DNA of 64,000 bases from a virus (IMGVR_UViG_3300001528_000360:64001-128000); one strand, 5' to 3'; shown: positions 1 to 11,905, counted from the first letter of the stretch. The notes: a model not told the origin generated them from the sequence alone. Made by a program: numbers and translations.

Positions 1-801
1 TCTAACCTTTTTCTCAGCATATTTATCAGCTAATTCAACTTTACTTTCATAATCATCACAAACATCTTTAATGATATCCATATACTCATTAAAATATTTA
101 TAATAACTTTTTTCAGCATAAGGAGCAAGAACAGAATCAATACGACTCAGGGTAAACCCGCCATATTGACATGCTGCAGCACTCATCGTAATATCACTAA
201 TAACATCAAATGCAACATCTAATGTTTTAGGTTCCGTATACCATACGTTACCCATTTCAAAACCGCCTTTAATAACATTAGCTATGTCAAAAAGACAACA
301 ATTGATCGCGTCGAGACGTGCAGATCTATCGTGAATATAAATATATCCATCCTTCATAGCAGAAAGTTCTTCAGTATTTAAGAAGAATTTTTTGTATAAA
401 GCACTATTTAATTCATTATAAATAAGACTTCTCTGTGTAGGTACAAGAGCAGAATCCGTGTTAGCATTATCTCTATCACCAATATATCTGATAGATTGAG
501 ATTTTTTATAGACTTTGTCCAACATATGAACAAAGTCCTGTTTATAATTCCTATAATCACGATAACTCTTCGCAATTTTAGGATTAAGTGAATCCAAAGC
601 AGATTCAACCAAATTATGCATTTCAGCAATTGTTACATACTCTTTATTAGGAAGATTATCAATAACGTGTGTACATACAAAATCATAATCTTTATTGGTT
701 AAAGTAATCATTACACGTTCAGCAGATTTTGTAATAGCATTTTTAATCTTTTCTACATTAAAATCTTGCTCAGTTCCATCTTTCTTTAAAACTTTAATCA
801 T
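1..801 (-). CDS. nrdD: Anaerobic (class III) ribonucleotide reductase, N-terminal part; runs off the window
   Basis: Not in the ORF track. ATG at 801 after a GGAGG RBS; translates MIKVLKKDGTEQDFNVEKIKNAITKSA (ATP cone) ... YIHDRSARLDAINCCLFD ... EPKTLDVA ... QYGGFT. Confidence 0.93.
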   Translation of the reverse strand, partial: MIKVLKKDGTEQDFNVEKIKNAITKSAERVMITLTNKDYDFVCTHVIDNLPNKEYVTIAEMHNLVESALDSLNPKIAKSYRDYRNYKQDFVHMLDKVYKKSQSIRYIGDRDNANTDSALVPTQRSLIYNELNSALYKKFFLNTEELSAMKDGYIYIHDRSARLDAINCCLFDIANVIKGGFEMGNVWYTEPKTLDVAFDVISDITMSAAACQYGGFTLSRIDSVLAPYAEKSYYKYFNEYMDIIKDVCDDYESKVELADKYAEKKVR

Positions 802-835
802 TTTAAAATCCTCCAAATTCTAAAAAATTTTTTGG

Positions 836-848
836 TTAAGATATTGTT
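836..848 (-). promoter_or_regulatory. Late-type promoter motif AACA-N6-TAA
   Basis: AACAATATCTTAA upstream of nrdD; the same motif recurs before several other genes. Confidence 0.55.
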
Positions 849-876
849 TTTTAGGTTCTTAAAGATAACAAAAATA

Positions 877-909
877 TGTCAGATGTAAGGAAAAACCTTA
901 CATCTGACA
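877..909 (-). terminator. Intrinsic terminator hairpin after the portal gene
   Basis: 14-bp stem TGTCAGATGTAAGG/CCTTACATCTGACA flanked by A/T tracts. Confidence 0.75.
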
Positions 910-922
910 AAAAAAATATAAA

Positions 923-3792
923 TTAATAGCTTTCTGAATTTTCATCATTACTCTTAGTCTTTTCTTCAGCTTTTTCTTGAATAAGTTCAATTTTAGCATC
1001 TTTAACAGCTTCTTCAGCCTTAGCCCAATCAAGCATAGGTAAGTACTGTTTAGCCAATGTTTTAAAGACTTTATCTTTGATCTTATTAGAATCTTGTGTC
1101 TGATCAGCATTTTCACCAGTAATGATTTTAATCATATAACTAACAACCTGATCTGTATTATTAAGAACATCGCCCATATTCATAGTGTTAAGAGTCTTAG
1201 GCGGATTAAATGTAAATACAAATTTTTCTATAACCTCTTCAGGAATAGAAATATTAGAATGTTTTAAAATTAATTTATATAGATCAGTTATAGAGGGATT
1301 AAGATCCATCTGATATGAAATGACACGTCCAACAAACTTACTATTAGCCATAGTAAGAGTTTTAGCAAAGTCAACTTCATTAATATAATTCATAATAACC
1401 GATGGGACCAAATATCTTCATATAGGGTCGTTACTCCTATACCGTCCTAAAGAATAGGACTGCTCTAGCTTTCACTAGAAGTTGAGACTATATCTTCATC
1501 CTTAATAATAAGGAGCCTTCCATTTCCACTCACTTGAGTGTACTCTACTCACTTAATGAATCTCTATTGTATAAAGATCATTGTTTTCGATAGTCGTTGA
1601 ACCTTTCTTATATAAAGACATATAAGGCTTGGATGCTGATTGTCTACAAAAAATGTAGAGTTCCCAGCATTTAAGAAGGGTTTTAAATACACATTACTGT
1701 GTATTCTGGCATATTTTTACCAGTTCCAGAAATCATGTTATTACGAAGCATTTCCATGAGGTCAGTATTAAGAGGAATATCCTGTCCTTGCAGAATATCA
1801 AATTCAATACCACGCTCGCCACTACGTCCAACCAAAAATGTTCATATGAGTTCGTTAATCTCACACCGTTCAATAAAGAACTGCTCTATATTTCTATAGA
1901 GACCAGACTATATCTTCATCCTTTATTAAGGAGCTCTCCATTTCCATCCACTTGGATGTACTAATAGTCGTTGAACCTTACTCATTAAGAGTCTTGGCTG
2001 CTGATTATCTATTAAAGACTTTCCAGCAATTAAGAGAGTGCTTTTGTATATATCACTATATACAATCCCCATTGGACAGTTTAGGGATAAATATTTCCTT
2101 ATAAGCACCAATCTTTGAAATGATTGAGTTATAGTTTAAAAGGTCCATAAAGTTGATTTGCCTACCTTTCACGGAACGCGCAACTTCTTGAACCTTGTTT
2201 GTAATGTTAGCGTCCATACCAGAATTCTTTACATAGTAAATTCTCTGGTCATTTGATCTACTAACAATAGATACAAGTTTGAAAATAAGTAATGCTAAAT
2301 AAAGTTTAGCATAGAATAATGCCTTAGAAAGAACAGACTGACCATTACCCTCTGCATCTTCATTGACTTTAAATTCAATGATATAATCTGCAGGAATAAA
2401 CTGGAACTTAATCTGCTTTTCATAAAGATTATTATACAATAAAGCATTGAAAATTAAATCTTTAAATTTAGCATTATCATCAAGGAATTTCTTATCAAAA
2501 GATTTAATAATTTTATCAGTAACTTTTCCAAGGAACATAGTTTCTACATCCTCAGTATTTTGATACTGTTGACCAGAAGTCATATTAGTTACTTTGATCG
2601 TTGTAGAGAACGGGGACTTATTCACTTGGAAATCTGTGTCATGAATATAATAATAACCGATAGTAGTATCAAGAATCTTAACAGGAATAATTTTCTTAGG
2701 CTCAATATATTTGATATAGCAATCAGTTATATCATCAAACTTATTCTTACCCTTAGATTTTCCTTCCTTAATATCTAATGTACCATCCGTAGAAGGACCA
2801 TATTTCTTAATGGTTTCATCTCTCTTCTTACGGAAAGCATCATTATCAATTAATTCGTCAAGATTAACTCCTTCAATTAAAGGAATAGATACTACATCAT
2901 TAATAACTGAAATATTAGAAGTATACTCCTTAGTAATTTCAGCTAATTTACTAGGATTAATATCTTTTTCAATAGTTTTACCTTCTTTAGTGGAAGATTC
3001 TAAAGAAATTTTCATATTCTTATCATTAAACTCTTTATTTAATTCTTTAACAAAATCTTCATCAATACTTTCACTAATAGGACTTGTAGTAAATCTATTT
3101 TTAATTTTTCTGTCATATTGCTCTTGGAATAATTTGGAATACGGACAGCAATATACATAATATGTACCATAACGAAGTACATTCGGAATGATCATATTTT
3201 TAATTTTAATTAAGAGTTTTAATCTATTTTCAATTTCCCTAACAGTAGCAATATAATTTTCAGTATCTTGATCATTAGACATATTTTCAAAATTAAGTGT
3301 TCTTGATACTGTAGTGGAAATATCATCAGATGTTACGATAGCATCTCTTGTAGTCATGATTGCTTCTTCAAGTTCAAATAACTGAGAAGAAATCATTTCT
3401 AAGTCTTCATATAATAAACTCTTATTCTGATATCTTTGCTGGAAAAATTCAAATAAACCAGCAGTATCATTTTCAAAGATATCATTTAATGTTTTAGCAT
3501 TAGTAGTATCTTTATTATCGAAGTCATTGAATAACTTAACAAGAAATGTTGACATATCATCTGAAGTAATACTCTTTGTATTAGTTAATTCAGCATTGAT
3601 AATTTTATCAACATTTTGATTTAATCTCTGAAGTTCTACACTATGTTGATCACTAATACCAGTAATTGTAGTAGAAAGCTTTGTAATAGATTGATTAAAA
3701 GCATCATTCAATTCTATTAAATCTTTCTTAGTTTTTTCAATATTATTAGCTTTCTCTTTACTTGTTGCCATATATGTATCACAACCTTTCAT
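923..3792 (-). CDS. Portal protein (T4 gp20-like), 3 exons, ~769 aa spliced
   Basis: Exons 3792-2083, 1832-1719, 1408-923 join in frame: RIYYVKNSG...EIFIP|VGRSGERGIEFDILQGQD...MISGTG|VPSVIM, matching the gp20-type portal core pattern. Confidence 0.75.
1409..1718 (-). ncRNA. Group I intron (portal intron 2), ORF-less, 310 nt
   Basis: P/Q/R/S cores (AATGCTGGGAA, AATCAGCA, GTTCAACGACTA, AAGATATAGTC); P1 CUGGU/GCCAG with U.G; ends in G. Confidence 0.93.
1833..2082 (-). ncRNA. Group I intron (portal intron 1), ORF-less, 250 nt
   Basis: Core motifs; P1 AUCCCU/GGGGAU; 7-bp P10 GUCCAAU/GUUGGAC; ends in G. Confidence 0.95.
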
Positions 3793-3817
3793 AGTTGGAC
3801 TTTATACATTTTAAGTC

Positions 3818-3830
3818 TTATTAAAATGTT
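3818..3830 (-). promoter_or_regulatory. Late-type promoter motif AACA-N6-TAA
   Basis: AACATTTTAATAA upstream of the portal gene. Confidence 0.6.
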
Positions 3831-3856
3831 TCGTAGCTTATTTTAAACAAAAAAAT

Positions 3857-3885
3857 AGAGACTATAGGTTTTCCCTATAGTCTCT
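3857..3885 (-). terminator. Intrinsic terminator
   Basis: 12-bp stem AGAGACTATAGG/CCTATAGTCTCT plus T tract on the minus strand. Confidence 0.75.
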
Positions 3886-3894
3886 CTTTATTAT

Positions 3895-4560
3895 TTACAT
3901 ATATAAGCAAGTATACTTATGATAACTAATACAAGAACCTCGTTCAATCTTAACACCAAGATGGAAAAGCTTCTTGTCATCAGGATTATCAAAGAAGAAT
4001 AAGTACATTACATGGGACTTCTTTAATCCAGGAGCAATCTCCTTAGTAATCCTAGTTCTATACTTATCTTCAGCAATATTAATAAACTCATTGCCAACAA
4101 GCTTTTCAACAGAGTCCTTTGTCAGCATCATAGAATTTTCCATATAGGAACCATTCATATCAGAATTAATAAATGCCTTAGCATTATTCAATTCTTCAAT
4201 AGTATTAATTCCGGAATGGAATTCACCAATGAGAATATCTTCTTCAAGATTTTCTCCACTAAGATATACTTTATGATCTTCATCTACTTTAATATACTGA
4301 AGATTCTTCTTATTCTTACTTACTGCAGTAAAAATATTCTGAGGAATCAACTTCAATAATGTCTCAGCATTATTATCAATAACAGGGAAATCAAAATACC
4401 AAATAAACTCAGTAATTCCAAAATGCTTTCCCTTATTAAGCTTACTATCACCAAAGATATAACCATCCTTAGTAAGATAATACTCATTATAAATATTTTT
4501 CAGTTCTTGGTTTAAATCATGTAGTTTATTAATTTCTCCCTTTTTAAGTTCGTACTTCAT
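3895..4560 (-). CDS. Hypothetical protein
   Basis: 221-aa ORF with AGGAG RBS directly downstream of the DNA polymerase N-subunit gene. Confidence 0.8.
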   Translation of the reverse strand: MKYELKKGEINKLHDLNQELKNIYNEYYLTKDGYIFGDSKLNKGKHFGITEFIWYFDFPVIDNNAETLLKLIPQNIFTAVSKNKKNLQYIKVDEDHKVYLSGENLEEDILIGEFHSGINTIEELNNAKAFINSDMNGSYMENSMMLTKDSVEKLVGNEFINIAEDKYRTRITKEIAPGLKKSHVMYLFFFDNPDDKKLFHLGVKIERGSCISYHKYTCLYM

Positions 4561-4572
4561 AACATTTTCTCC

Positions 4573-7135
4573 TTAATCCTTATTTATATTAATATTGACC
4601 TGGTCAATAAAATATTTAATAAAATTAGAAATAGAATGTCTTCTACGAGGTTTAATTTTAAATCTCTCCTTCATCAACTCATTTACTTCATTAACATCAG
4701 GAAGATTAAACCATTTAGTACCCATAGATAAAATATCTCCGGTAAGATAATTATCTAAGAAATCTTTTCCTGAATCATAACCAATATTAAATTCTTTATC
4801 TTCTTCTTCAGCATCTTCATCATAGACAATATCTACAATTTCATCACTAACAAAGAAATGATCATATCTATCTTCAGTAAATTCTGGAATAATTATTTTA
4901 GAAATCATTGTATGTCGTTCAATATTAAATGCAATAATAATATGTGGGTACATCGCACTAAAATCCATATCAATAACATTACTAAATGCATACATTGAAC
5001 GTTTTCCAAATAATTTAATTCCAGTATGTGAATTCAAAAGTGGGTTACCAACTCATTGATGTTCAGATAGATCCGTTACTTCTATCCCGTCTATTAAGAC
5101 TGCTTTATATCTCTATAAAGATCAGACTATATCTTCATCTTTATTTAAGATGCTCTCCATTTCTACTCACTTGAGTATACAAATTAGTCGTTGAACCTTA
5201 CTCTTTCGAGTCTTGGCTGCTGATTATCTCAAAGAGACTTTCCAGCAATTAAGAGAGTTTTTAATATCATATTACTATAATATGCACCTGTTATTTAAGC
5301 GCTCCAGTAAACCCTTCACTTTTAGTAGTACTAAAGATATTTACATTATTACCTAAAATATTTCCTTGCAAAAAGTATTCATAATAAGCACGTGATTTTA
5401 ACATCATTTAATGTTCATATAAGATCGTTAATCTCATACCGTTCATTTAAGAACTGCTCTATATTAACTATAGAGATCAGACTATATCATCATCTTATTT
5501 AAGATGCTCTCTATTTCCATTCACTTGAATGTACTAATAGTCGTTGAACCTTCCTTATTATAAGGCTTGGCTGCTGATTATCTTATAAGAGACTTTCCAG
5601 CAATTAAGAGAGTTTTTAATATCATATATCACTATATGTATGGTCAGTTATTTTAACCGTCTGTTTGAACACTTTATCTACATCACAAATATTTGCAGAT
5701 GATCTAAGATAAAGATTATCAATATCATGTGCTTTTCTTTCTATGCCCATTTGAAGAAGAACGTCTTTTATATTATATTTCACAAACTTACGATAATTAA
5801 CATATGGTAAAGTTTTGATATTTGCTTCATCTGAGTAATCGAGTTTCTTGTCACCCAGCTCAGCTTCACCAATGGCATTTAAGCTATTAGATCGTAATTC
5901 ACTTTGACCTTTACGAGTTGCTGCATAAAGGATCATTTGGTCTATATATTTAGTATATGAAGATACTTTAAAGAAACTTCCTTTATTTGCAATTTGGAAA
6001 TTTCTTTCATCTTCATGTAATTTACACATTTTATATTTGAAATCTTTATGACAAATAATTTCAAAAGGATCTAAATCCAAAACATTCATTCTGTTAAGAA
6101 TATATGGAAGGTCGACATTATGTTCATATAAGATCGTTACTCTTATATCGTTCATTTAAGAACTGCTCTATATCACTATAAAGATCAGACTATATCTTCA
6201 ACTTATTTAAGTTGCTCTCCATTTCCATTCACTTGAATGTACAATTAGTCGTTGAACCTTACTCTTTAAGAGTCTTGGCTGCTGATTATCTTATAAAGAC
6301 TTTCCAGCAATTAAGAGAGTTTTATGTGAGCTCATTTTAACCCACAGCCATTCCATATCAAGCAATAATCACGTTTGAGAGTATTAATTAATTTAAACAT
6401 ATCTGTTATAAGTTTTCTTTCATCATCATACATATAAATATAATATGAAAGAACACCATATGACTCATCAAATGCTTCATGCAACTCATTTGTAAAATTA
6501 TCAATATCATTTACAAACTCATTAATCAAAGGATTATCAGGATTATTTAATAAGAAAGTGTATACTGAGTTTGTAATATCATCTACAATTGTTACTGCAT
6601 TAATTGGACAAGAGCCATCTCGTACAAATCCTACAGCATCAATTGTATCAACCTCTATATCTAGATATGTCTTTGTAAGAGGTTTTAATTTTTCATTTTC
6701 ATATTCTAACATCCATTGAGTTCTATAAAATACATCAATAGGAATATCAGAACCAAAGACATATGGATAAGAATGAATCTTGTTAATATCAGAATATCTT
6801 CCACTTTCGATTAATCGCTTTAATTCATTTACATACTCAGGACCAGCCTGTTCTGCAATATACCAAGGAAGTTTCTTATATTCACAAGTATGTTTATCAC
6901 ACTTATCAATTTCCATGAAATTTTTATTATATTTAAAATTTCGATACTCATCTTTCACAAAATAAATATCAATAGTAGGATTTTCAATACTCTTAACATG
7001 TTTCTCCTCACTATCAATATCTTTGTATATAACATCTAAACAATCAATTCTATCATTTTCTTTTCTAGGGGGATGATAAAGAATATCAAGTAACATGATA
7101 TTTTCTTTATCAATATTTTCTTTCAAAAATTTCAT
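4573..7135 (-). CDS. Family B DNA polymerase, N-terminal subunit (3'-5' exonuclease plus motif A), 4 exons, ~614 aa spliced
   Basis: Exons 7135-6340, 6115-5655, 5404-5298, 5053-4573; ExoI YLDIEVD, ExoII WNGCG|FDLPYI restored by splicing, ExoIII YNIKDV, FTGAL|VGNP, motif A DMDFSAMYP. Confidence 0.92.
5054..5297 (-). ncRNA. Group I intron (polN intron 3), ORF-less, 244 nt
   Basis: Core motifs; P1 GCGCU/GGUGC; ends in G; restores GAL-VGNP. Confidence 0.93.
5405..5654 (-). ncRNA. Group I intron (polN intron 2), ORF-less, 250 nt
   Basis: Core motifs; P1 GGUU/GACC; ends in G (an in-frame alternative G lies at 5402). Confidence 0.92.
6116..6339 (-). ncRNA. Group I intron (polN intron 1), ORF-less, 224 nt
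   Basis: Core motifs; P1 UGUGGGU/GCUCACA; ends in G; interrupts the ExoII motif. Confidence 0.95.
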
Positions 7136-7180
7136 TGCAAATTCCTCCTCTTTAAGAATTGTTAATCTGCATATACAACT

Positions 7181-7190
7181 ATAATATATA
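7181..7190 (-). promoter_or_regulatory. Early-type promoter motif TATATATTAT
   Basis: One of 14 exact copies found upstream of genes in the sense orientation. Confidence 0.65.
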
Positions 7191-7209
7191 TTTCAAAATG
7201 ATGTTAAAA

Positions 7210-7246
7210 AATATCACTAGATGGAATTTAACCATCTAGTGATATT
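7210..7246 (-). terminator. Intrinsic terminator
   Basis: 15-bp stem AATATCACTAGATGG/CCATCTAGTGATATT plus T tract. Confidence 0.75.
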
Positions 7247-7253
7247 TATTTAA

Positions 7254-7724
7254 TTACTTATCGGACTTATTGAACTCATCCTTGGAACGCTCAGCAGCCT
7301 TCTTAATAAGAGTAGCACTGGACTTATTAGCAGAAGCAGAAACAGCTTTCTTAGCACGACGAGCGGCCTCAGCACCATACTTCTTATAAAGATAATCCTC
7401 AAGATAACGCTCCATCTTCCAAACAGTCAGAAGCTTCTTAAACTTAGGATCATTCTTCTCCTTGGCAATGGTGAAAGTAGCCATCTTGGTAGCACGAGAA
7501 AGCTTAGCCTTCTTATCGAGACGAACAATCGTCTTCTCCATAAGAATATTATTGCTAACAGCATCGTCAACCTCAGTCTTATTCTCAAGGAACATAGACT
7601 TTTCCTCGGGAGTGAACTCATCATTGATAAAGGCTTCCATGATGTACTGAGTAGCCTCAGTGCTGATCACGTCCTCGGTAACATTCTCAATATCGCCCTT
7701 TTTGTTAAATAACATATGGGACAC
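7254..7724 (-). CDS. Hypothetical protein, probably abundant late/virion protein
   Basis: 156 aa; strongly biased codon usage (AAG/GAG/CGT); preceded by AACA-N6-TAA at 7746-7758. Confidence 0.7.
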   Translation of the reverse strand: MSHMLFNKKGDIENVTEDVISTEATQYIMEAFINDEFTPEEKSMFLENKTEVDDAVSNNILMEKTIVRLDKKAKLSRATKMATFTIAKEKNDPKFKKLLTVWKMERYLEDYLYKKYGAEAARRAKKAVSASANKSSATLIKKAAERSKDEFNKSDK

Positions 7725-7864
7725 ATCCTTTCTTATAAAAGTATTTTATAGAATTGTTTTATTTATAAATAAAATTGTATTAGAGAATGATTTATCGTAT
7801 TGAAAAGATATCTTTGATTTAACATATACAGTAAAAACTAATTATACTCAAAAATCTTTTGAAG

Positions 7865-7874
7865 TATATATTAT
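7865..7874 (+). promoter_or_regulatory. Early-type promoter motif TATATATTAT
   Basis: Exact motif upstream of the DNA polymerase C-subunit gene. Confidence 0.65.
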
Positions 7875-7889
7875 ATTATTGTATAGAAA

Positions 7890-10088
7890 ATGAAAGACGG
7901 TGATTATATGATTAATTCAGATAGTTACATCTTTTTAAAAAGATGGAAGAAAGAAAATCGTAAAATTCTTCAAAGGTTATATCCTGAAATTTCTAAGAAA
8001 GATATTAATTCTTTCTTAGATGATATTATTAATGAAAGAATCAAGAATCCAAAGGTGATTCTTGATAATAATTATATTGGAAAACAGATTAATACGAATC
8101 TGTTAGATACAACAAATTGGATTCATAATACAGATCCAATATGTGCTGGTCATGGTGTTTTATTTAAGAACCAGCATCAGGTTATAAATCCATTGGCTAT
8201 AATGATTCAAAAATTCTTAACTTCTCGTAAGAAGTTTAAAGGACAGCTTAAATTTATTAAAGATAAGACATCATATGAATATCAAACATTCGATAGAAAA
8301 CAGTTATCAGAAAAGATTTGTGCTAACTCAATATATGGTACGTTTGGTAATGTGGTTTCGTTTCTGTTTAATATGTATACAGCTCCCTCTGTAACTGGTT
8401 CTGGTCAGTCATTAATCAGTACAACAGAACAGGCATTTGAATCATTCTTAGCAAATAACTCTTTATTTAATAATATTAATGAGTGTTTTACATTTATGAA
8501 TAATGTATTGAATGAAGAGTATACCGTTGATTCTACATTCTTAAAAGATGTAGAAATTGAGAAAGTATTTACTAGATTAGTAAATACTTTTTATAATTAT
8601 CAAGATTCTTATACTGATATTTTAACATCATTCTTAGAAACTCTTAGTCAAGATGAACTTAATAAGATTTATTATAAGAATAATATTTATGAGTTCTCTA
8701 TGCATCAAGAGATTCTAAGTTTATTAACTAATATTGTTAGAAATACAGAGGAATTTAAAGATCCGAATAAAGTTCCTGAATCTAGTAAAGAGTATCTAGA
8801 GGAACTTTGGAAATATTATAGTCAGTTTGTATTATATAATCATTCTCCGATTAATCGTATTCAGAGATTAAAGAACGATAGACGTAAAGTAGTTCTTACA
8901 ATTGATACAGACTCAAACTTCTTAAATCTCAATCCTTGGGTTGAGTTTATGTTTAATAATATTATTAATAATGATTATACTTGTGAAGGACGAGACGAAG
9001 ATTCTCTTAAATTTATTGCAGTTAATACTATGGCATTTTGTATTACTAATATGATGAAAGAAGTTCTTTGGAGATATACAAAAGATGCAAATATTCCAGA
9101 GGATTATAGATCTTTCATTAATATTAAGAATGAGTTCCTTATGTCAAGAGTTGTATTAGCTAGTAAAAAGAAAAGATATTTCAGCTCCATTCGTTTAAGA
9201 GAGGGAGATGAAATCTGGCCGGAGAAATTAGATATCAAGGGTTTGAATATAGGCTCATGGTTCCTTAATTGCTGGAAAATCTATATAGATAATCAGCAGC
9301 CAAGACTCTTATATAAGAGTAAGGTTCAACGACTAGTCACAATGACGTACATTCAAGTGAATGGAAATGGGAAACCATCAATTATATATTGATGAAGATA
9401 TAGTCTCATCTCTATGGAGACATAGAGCAGTTCTTAAAAAAGAACGGCGAGAAAGTAACGAATTCTCGTGAAGAATTTGCATGATTTCATGAAATCTACG
9501 GCCACAAAAGAAACTCAAGACAAGTATAAGGATATTATTAAGAAAAGAATTATTAATACAAAAGATATTGATGTAGTAAAAATCTTAAATGATATTGAAG
9601 ATTTTGAAAATGAGATATTACAATCACTTCATAATGGTGAAAAAAAATATTTAATTCCTAACTCTGTAAAAGAGTTAGAAGCATATAGTGAACCGTTAAG
9701 AATGCAAGGTGTACGTGCAGTTATTGCATGGAATTATATATATCCTGATATGGAGATTCAACTTCCTACTAAAGTTGATTTGGTAAAAGTTAATTTAACA
9801 GAAGAAAAGAATTTAATGAAATTGAAAAATGATTATCCTGATGTATATAAAATAGTTAATGAAAAGATTTTAAATAATCCAGATAAGAGAATTTCTGATA
9901 AAGGTTTAGCAATTATTGCAATTCCTAGAAATATTGATAAGATTCCTGAATGGATTATACCATTTATTGATTATGATACAATTGCATATAACGTATTAAA
10001 TAAATTTTATCCTGTATTAGAATCTTTAGGCTTAGATACTATTAAGACCTCTAAGAAAGAGTATTTCAGTAACATTTTAAGTATTTAA
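7890..10088 (+). CDS. Family B DNA polymerase, C-terminal subunit (motifs B and C, thumb), 2 exons, ~653 aa spliced
   Basis: Exons 7890-9242 and 9480-10088; motif B KICANSIYG, motif C TIDTDS, KKRY, junction LDIKG|HDFMKS. Confidence 0.92.
9243..9479 (+). ncRNA. Group I intron (polC), ORF-less, 237 nt
   Basis: AATTGCTGGAAA, AATCAGCAGCC, GTTCAACGACTA, AAGATATAGTC; P1 GGGU/GCUC; ends in G. Confidence 0.95.
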
Positions 10089-10092
10089 AAAT

Positions 10093-10545
10093 ATGGAGGA
10101 GAAAATTATGGCAATTATTCAGGTAAATTTGGAAGTTAATGATGAGCAGTTTAAGCAGTTAGTTGTTGGAAATATTAATGATCTTCCTAAAGATAAGATG
10201 GAAGAACTCTTATTGAAAGCTGTTGAAGCCGCTTTACTGTATGATAGACAAACATCATACAGTAATGGTAATATTCTTGTCAAAAAAGAAGATCCAAATA
10301 ATCCATATTATTCAAATCTTGTTCCTACTGAACTTATGAAACAGGTAATGAAAAATATTGACACTGAAAAATATTTTGGTCCCATTGCTGAAGAAATTGC
10401 TACTTATATGAGAGATAACTATAAAGATATTATTCAAAATTATATGATTGAATCTATTACTAATTTATTATTTACTGATAATAATAAATACGATATTCAA
10501 AGAGCAATCCAAAATGCTATTAGTAATATGAATAGATATAAATGA
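10093..10545 (+). CDS. Hypothetical protein
   Basis: 150-aa ORF with GGAGGAG RBS (start probably at the second ATG). Confidence 0.75.
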   Translation: MEEKIMAIIQVNLEVNDEQFKQLVVGNINDLPKDKMEELLLKAVEAALLYDRQTSYSNGNILVKKEDPNNPYYSNLVPTELMKQVMKNIDTEKYFGPIAEEIATYMRDNYKDIIQNYMIESITNLLFTDNNKYDIQRAIQNAISNMNRYK

Positions 10546-10554
10546 GGTGAATTT

Positions 10555-10752
10555 ATGGCTCAATGGTGTGATAAATGTATCAATTGTAATAAACATGGTG
10601 CATTAGTTAATTACGGTATCGTATTTGCATGTGATGAACCTGAATGTAATTATGAGCCTATTCCTACTAGCTATACAACAACTTCTACATCAACAAATTG
10701 TGATGGAGCAGCAGTTCTTACAACAGCAAGTACATTACCAAATGTTAAATAA
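10555..10752 (+). CDS. Small Cys-rich hypothetical protein
   Basis: CxxC/CxC motifs, RBS GAGGTG. Confidence 0.6.
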   Translation: MAQWCDKCINCNKHGALVNYGIVFACDEPECNYEPIPTSYTTTSTSTNCDGAAVLTTASTLPNVK

Positions 10753-10769
10753 TTATAGGAGAAATTTAA

Positions 10770-11390
10770 ATGAGTAAGACATTTAAAATTGATAAAGATC
10801 CTTGTGATCTTGGTTATAATATTTATGAAAAAAGTAGTATTACTTTAAATCCTGGTGTTACCATTCTTGTTGGCTGTAATGGTAGTGGAAAAACCACATT
10901 GATTAAAATGATCAAGGAGCAATTAAGAAAAGATAATATTGAATATGTTTCATTTGATAATCTTACAGAGGGTGGATCTAATGCAAAAAGTGAAAGAGTA
11001 TTTCATGGAGATTTACAGACTCTTGCATCATTAGTATGCTCATCTGAAGGTGAAGCTATCATTACTAATATTGGAACATGTGCAAGAAAGATTGGAAATT
11101 TTGTAAGAAATCACAGAGATCTTAATGAGTATTGGTTCTTCTTTGATGCCATTGATTCTGGTACAAGTATTGATAATATCATTGATATCAAGAAATATCT
11201 ATTTGATACTATTTTAGAAGATACTAAAGGTAAAGATACATATATTATTGTATCTGCTAATAGTTATGAGATGGCATCTGGAGAACTTTGTTTGGATGTT
11301 ATTTCTTGCAGTAATAAAACTTTTAGATCTTATAATGAGTATAAGGACTTTATTTTAGAAACTAAAGAAAAGAAGAATAATAGAGGTTAG
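10770..11390 (+). CDS. ABC-type/AAA P-loop ATPase
   Basis: Walker A GCNGSGKT, signature-like SSEGE, Walker B-like FFFDAIDSG. Confidence 0.8.
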   Translation: MSKTFKIDKDPCDLGYNIYEKSSITLNPGVTILVGCNGSGKTTLIKMIKEQLRKDNIEYVSFDNLTEGGSNAKSERVFHGDLQTLASLVCSSEGEAIITNIGTCARKIGNFVRNHRDLNEYWFFFDAIDSGTSIDNIIDIKKYLFDTILEDTKGKDTYIIVSANSYEMASGELCLDVISCSNKTFRSYNEYKDFILETKEKKNNRG

Positions 11391-11394
11391 TACT

Positions 11395-11883
11395 ATGGAA
11401 ATTGAAAGAAAATGGTTAATCCAAAAACTTCCTAATAAAGATCATTTTGCTAAAGAAGAGAGATACCAAGGGTATCTCTCTTTAATTCCAGAAGTTCGTA
11501 TTAGTAGAACTATTAGTATGAATATTTTTATTGATAAACTCACTGTAAAAGGAGAAGGAACTCTTAGTCGTGAAGAAATTGAAACGTATATACCTAATAA
11601 ATTCTTTGATGAAATAAGTGAATTTATTGAAAGAACTAATAATACAAAATTAATTCATAAAGACAGATACTTATACACGCATGGTCCATATACCATTGAA
11701 TGCAATATTGTAGGTAAAGGAACTAATTATGAATTTATGTATGCAGAAGTAGAATTTAAGTCTGAAGATGATGCAGAAAATTTTGTATTTCCTTTCCCTG
11801 AATGTGATCCTGTTGATATTACAGGATATTCAAATTATAAAATGAGGAACTATTGGAAAAAGTATCATTTAAAAGAAGATTGA
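11395..11883 (+). CDS. CYTH-domain protein
   Basis: N-terminal EIERKW, QGYL..EVR, REEIE, AEVEF motifs. Confidence 0.85.
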   Translation: MEIERKWLIQKLPNKDHFAKEERYQGYLSLIPEVRISRTISMNIFIDKLTVKGEGTLSREEIETYIPNKFFDEISEFIERTNNTKLIHKDRYLYTHGPYTIECNIVGKGTNYEFMYAEVEFKSEDDAENFVFPFPECDPVDITGYSNYKMRNYWKKYHLKED

Positions 11884-11905
11884 AAGTGAAAGGTAATTGA
11901 CTAAT

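Noticed and set aside
1699-2111. Short ORFs reading through intron cores (e.g. 1926-2111, 21632-21889, and the DNQQPRL tails of 7890-9392 and 35010-35807)
   Set aside because: The recurring peptide is a translation of the conserved Q/R RNA elements, not a protein family
9250-9257. Array spacer taggctcag resembling TAGGCTCA in the polC intron P1
   Set aside because: An 8-nt match is expected by chance in 64 kb, and the partner spacer does not match alongside it
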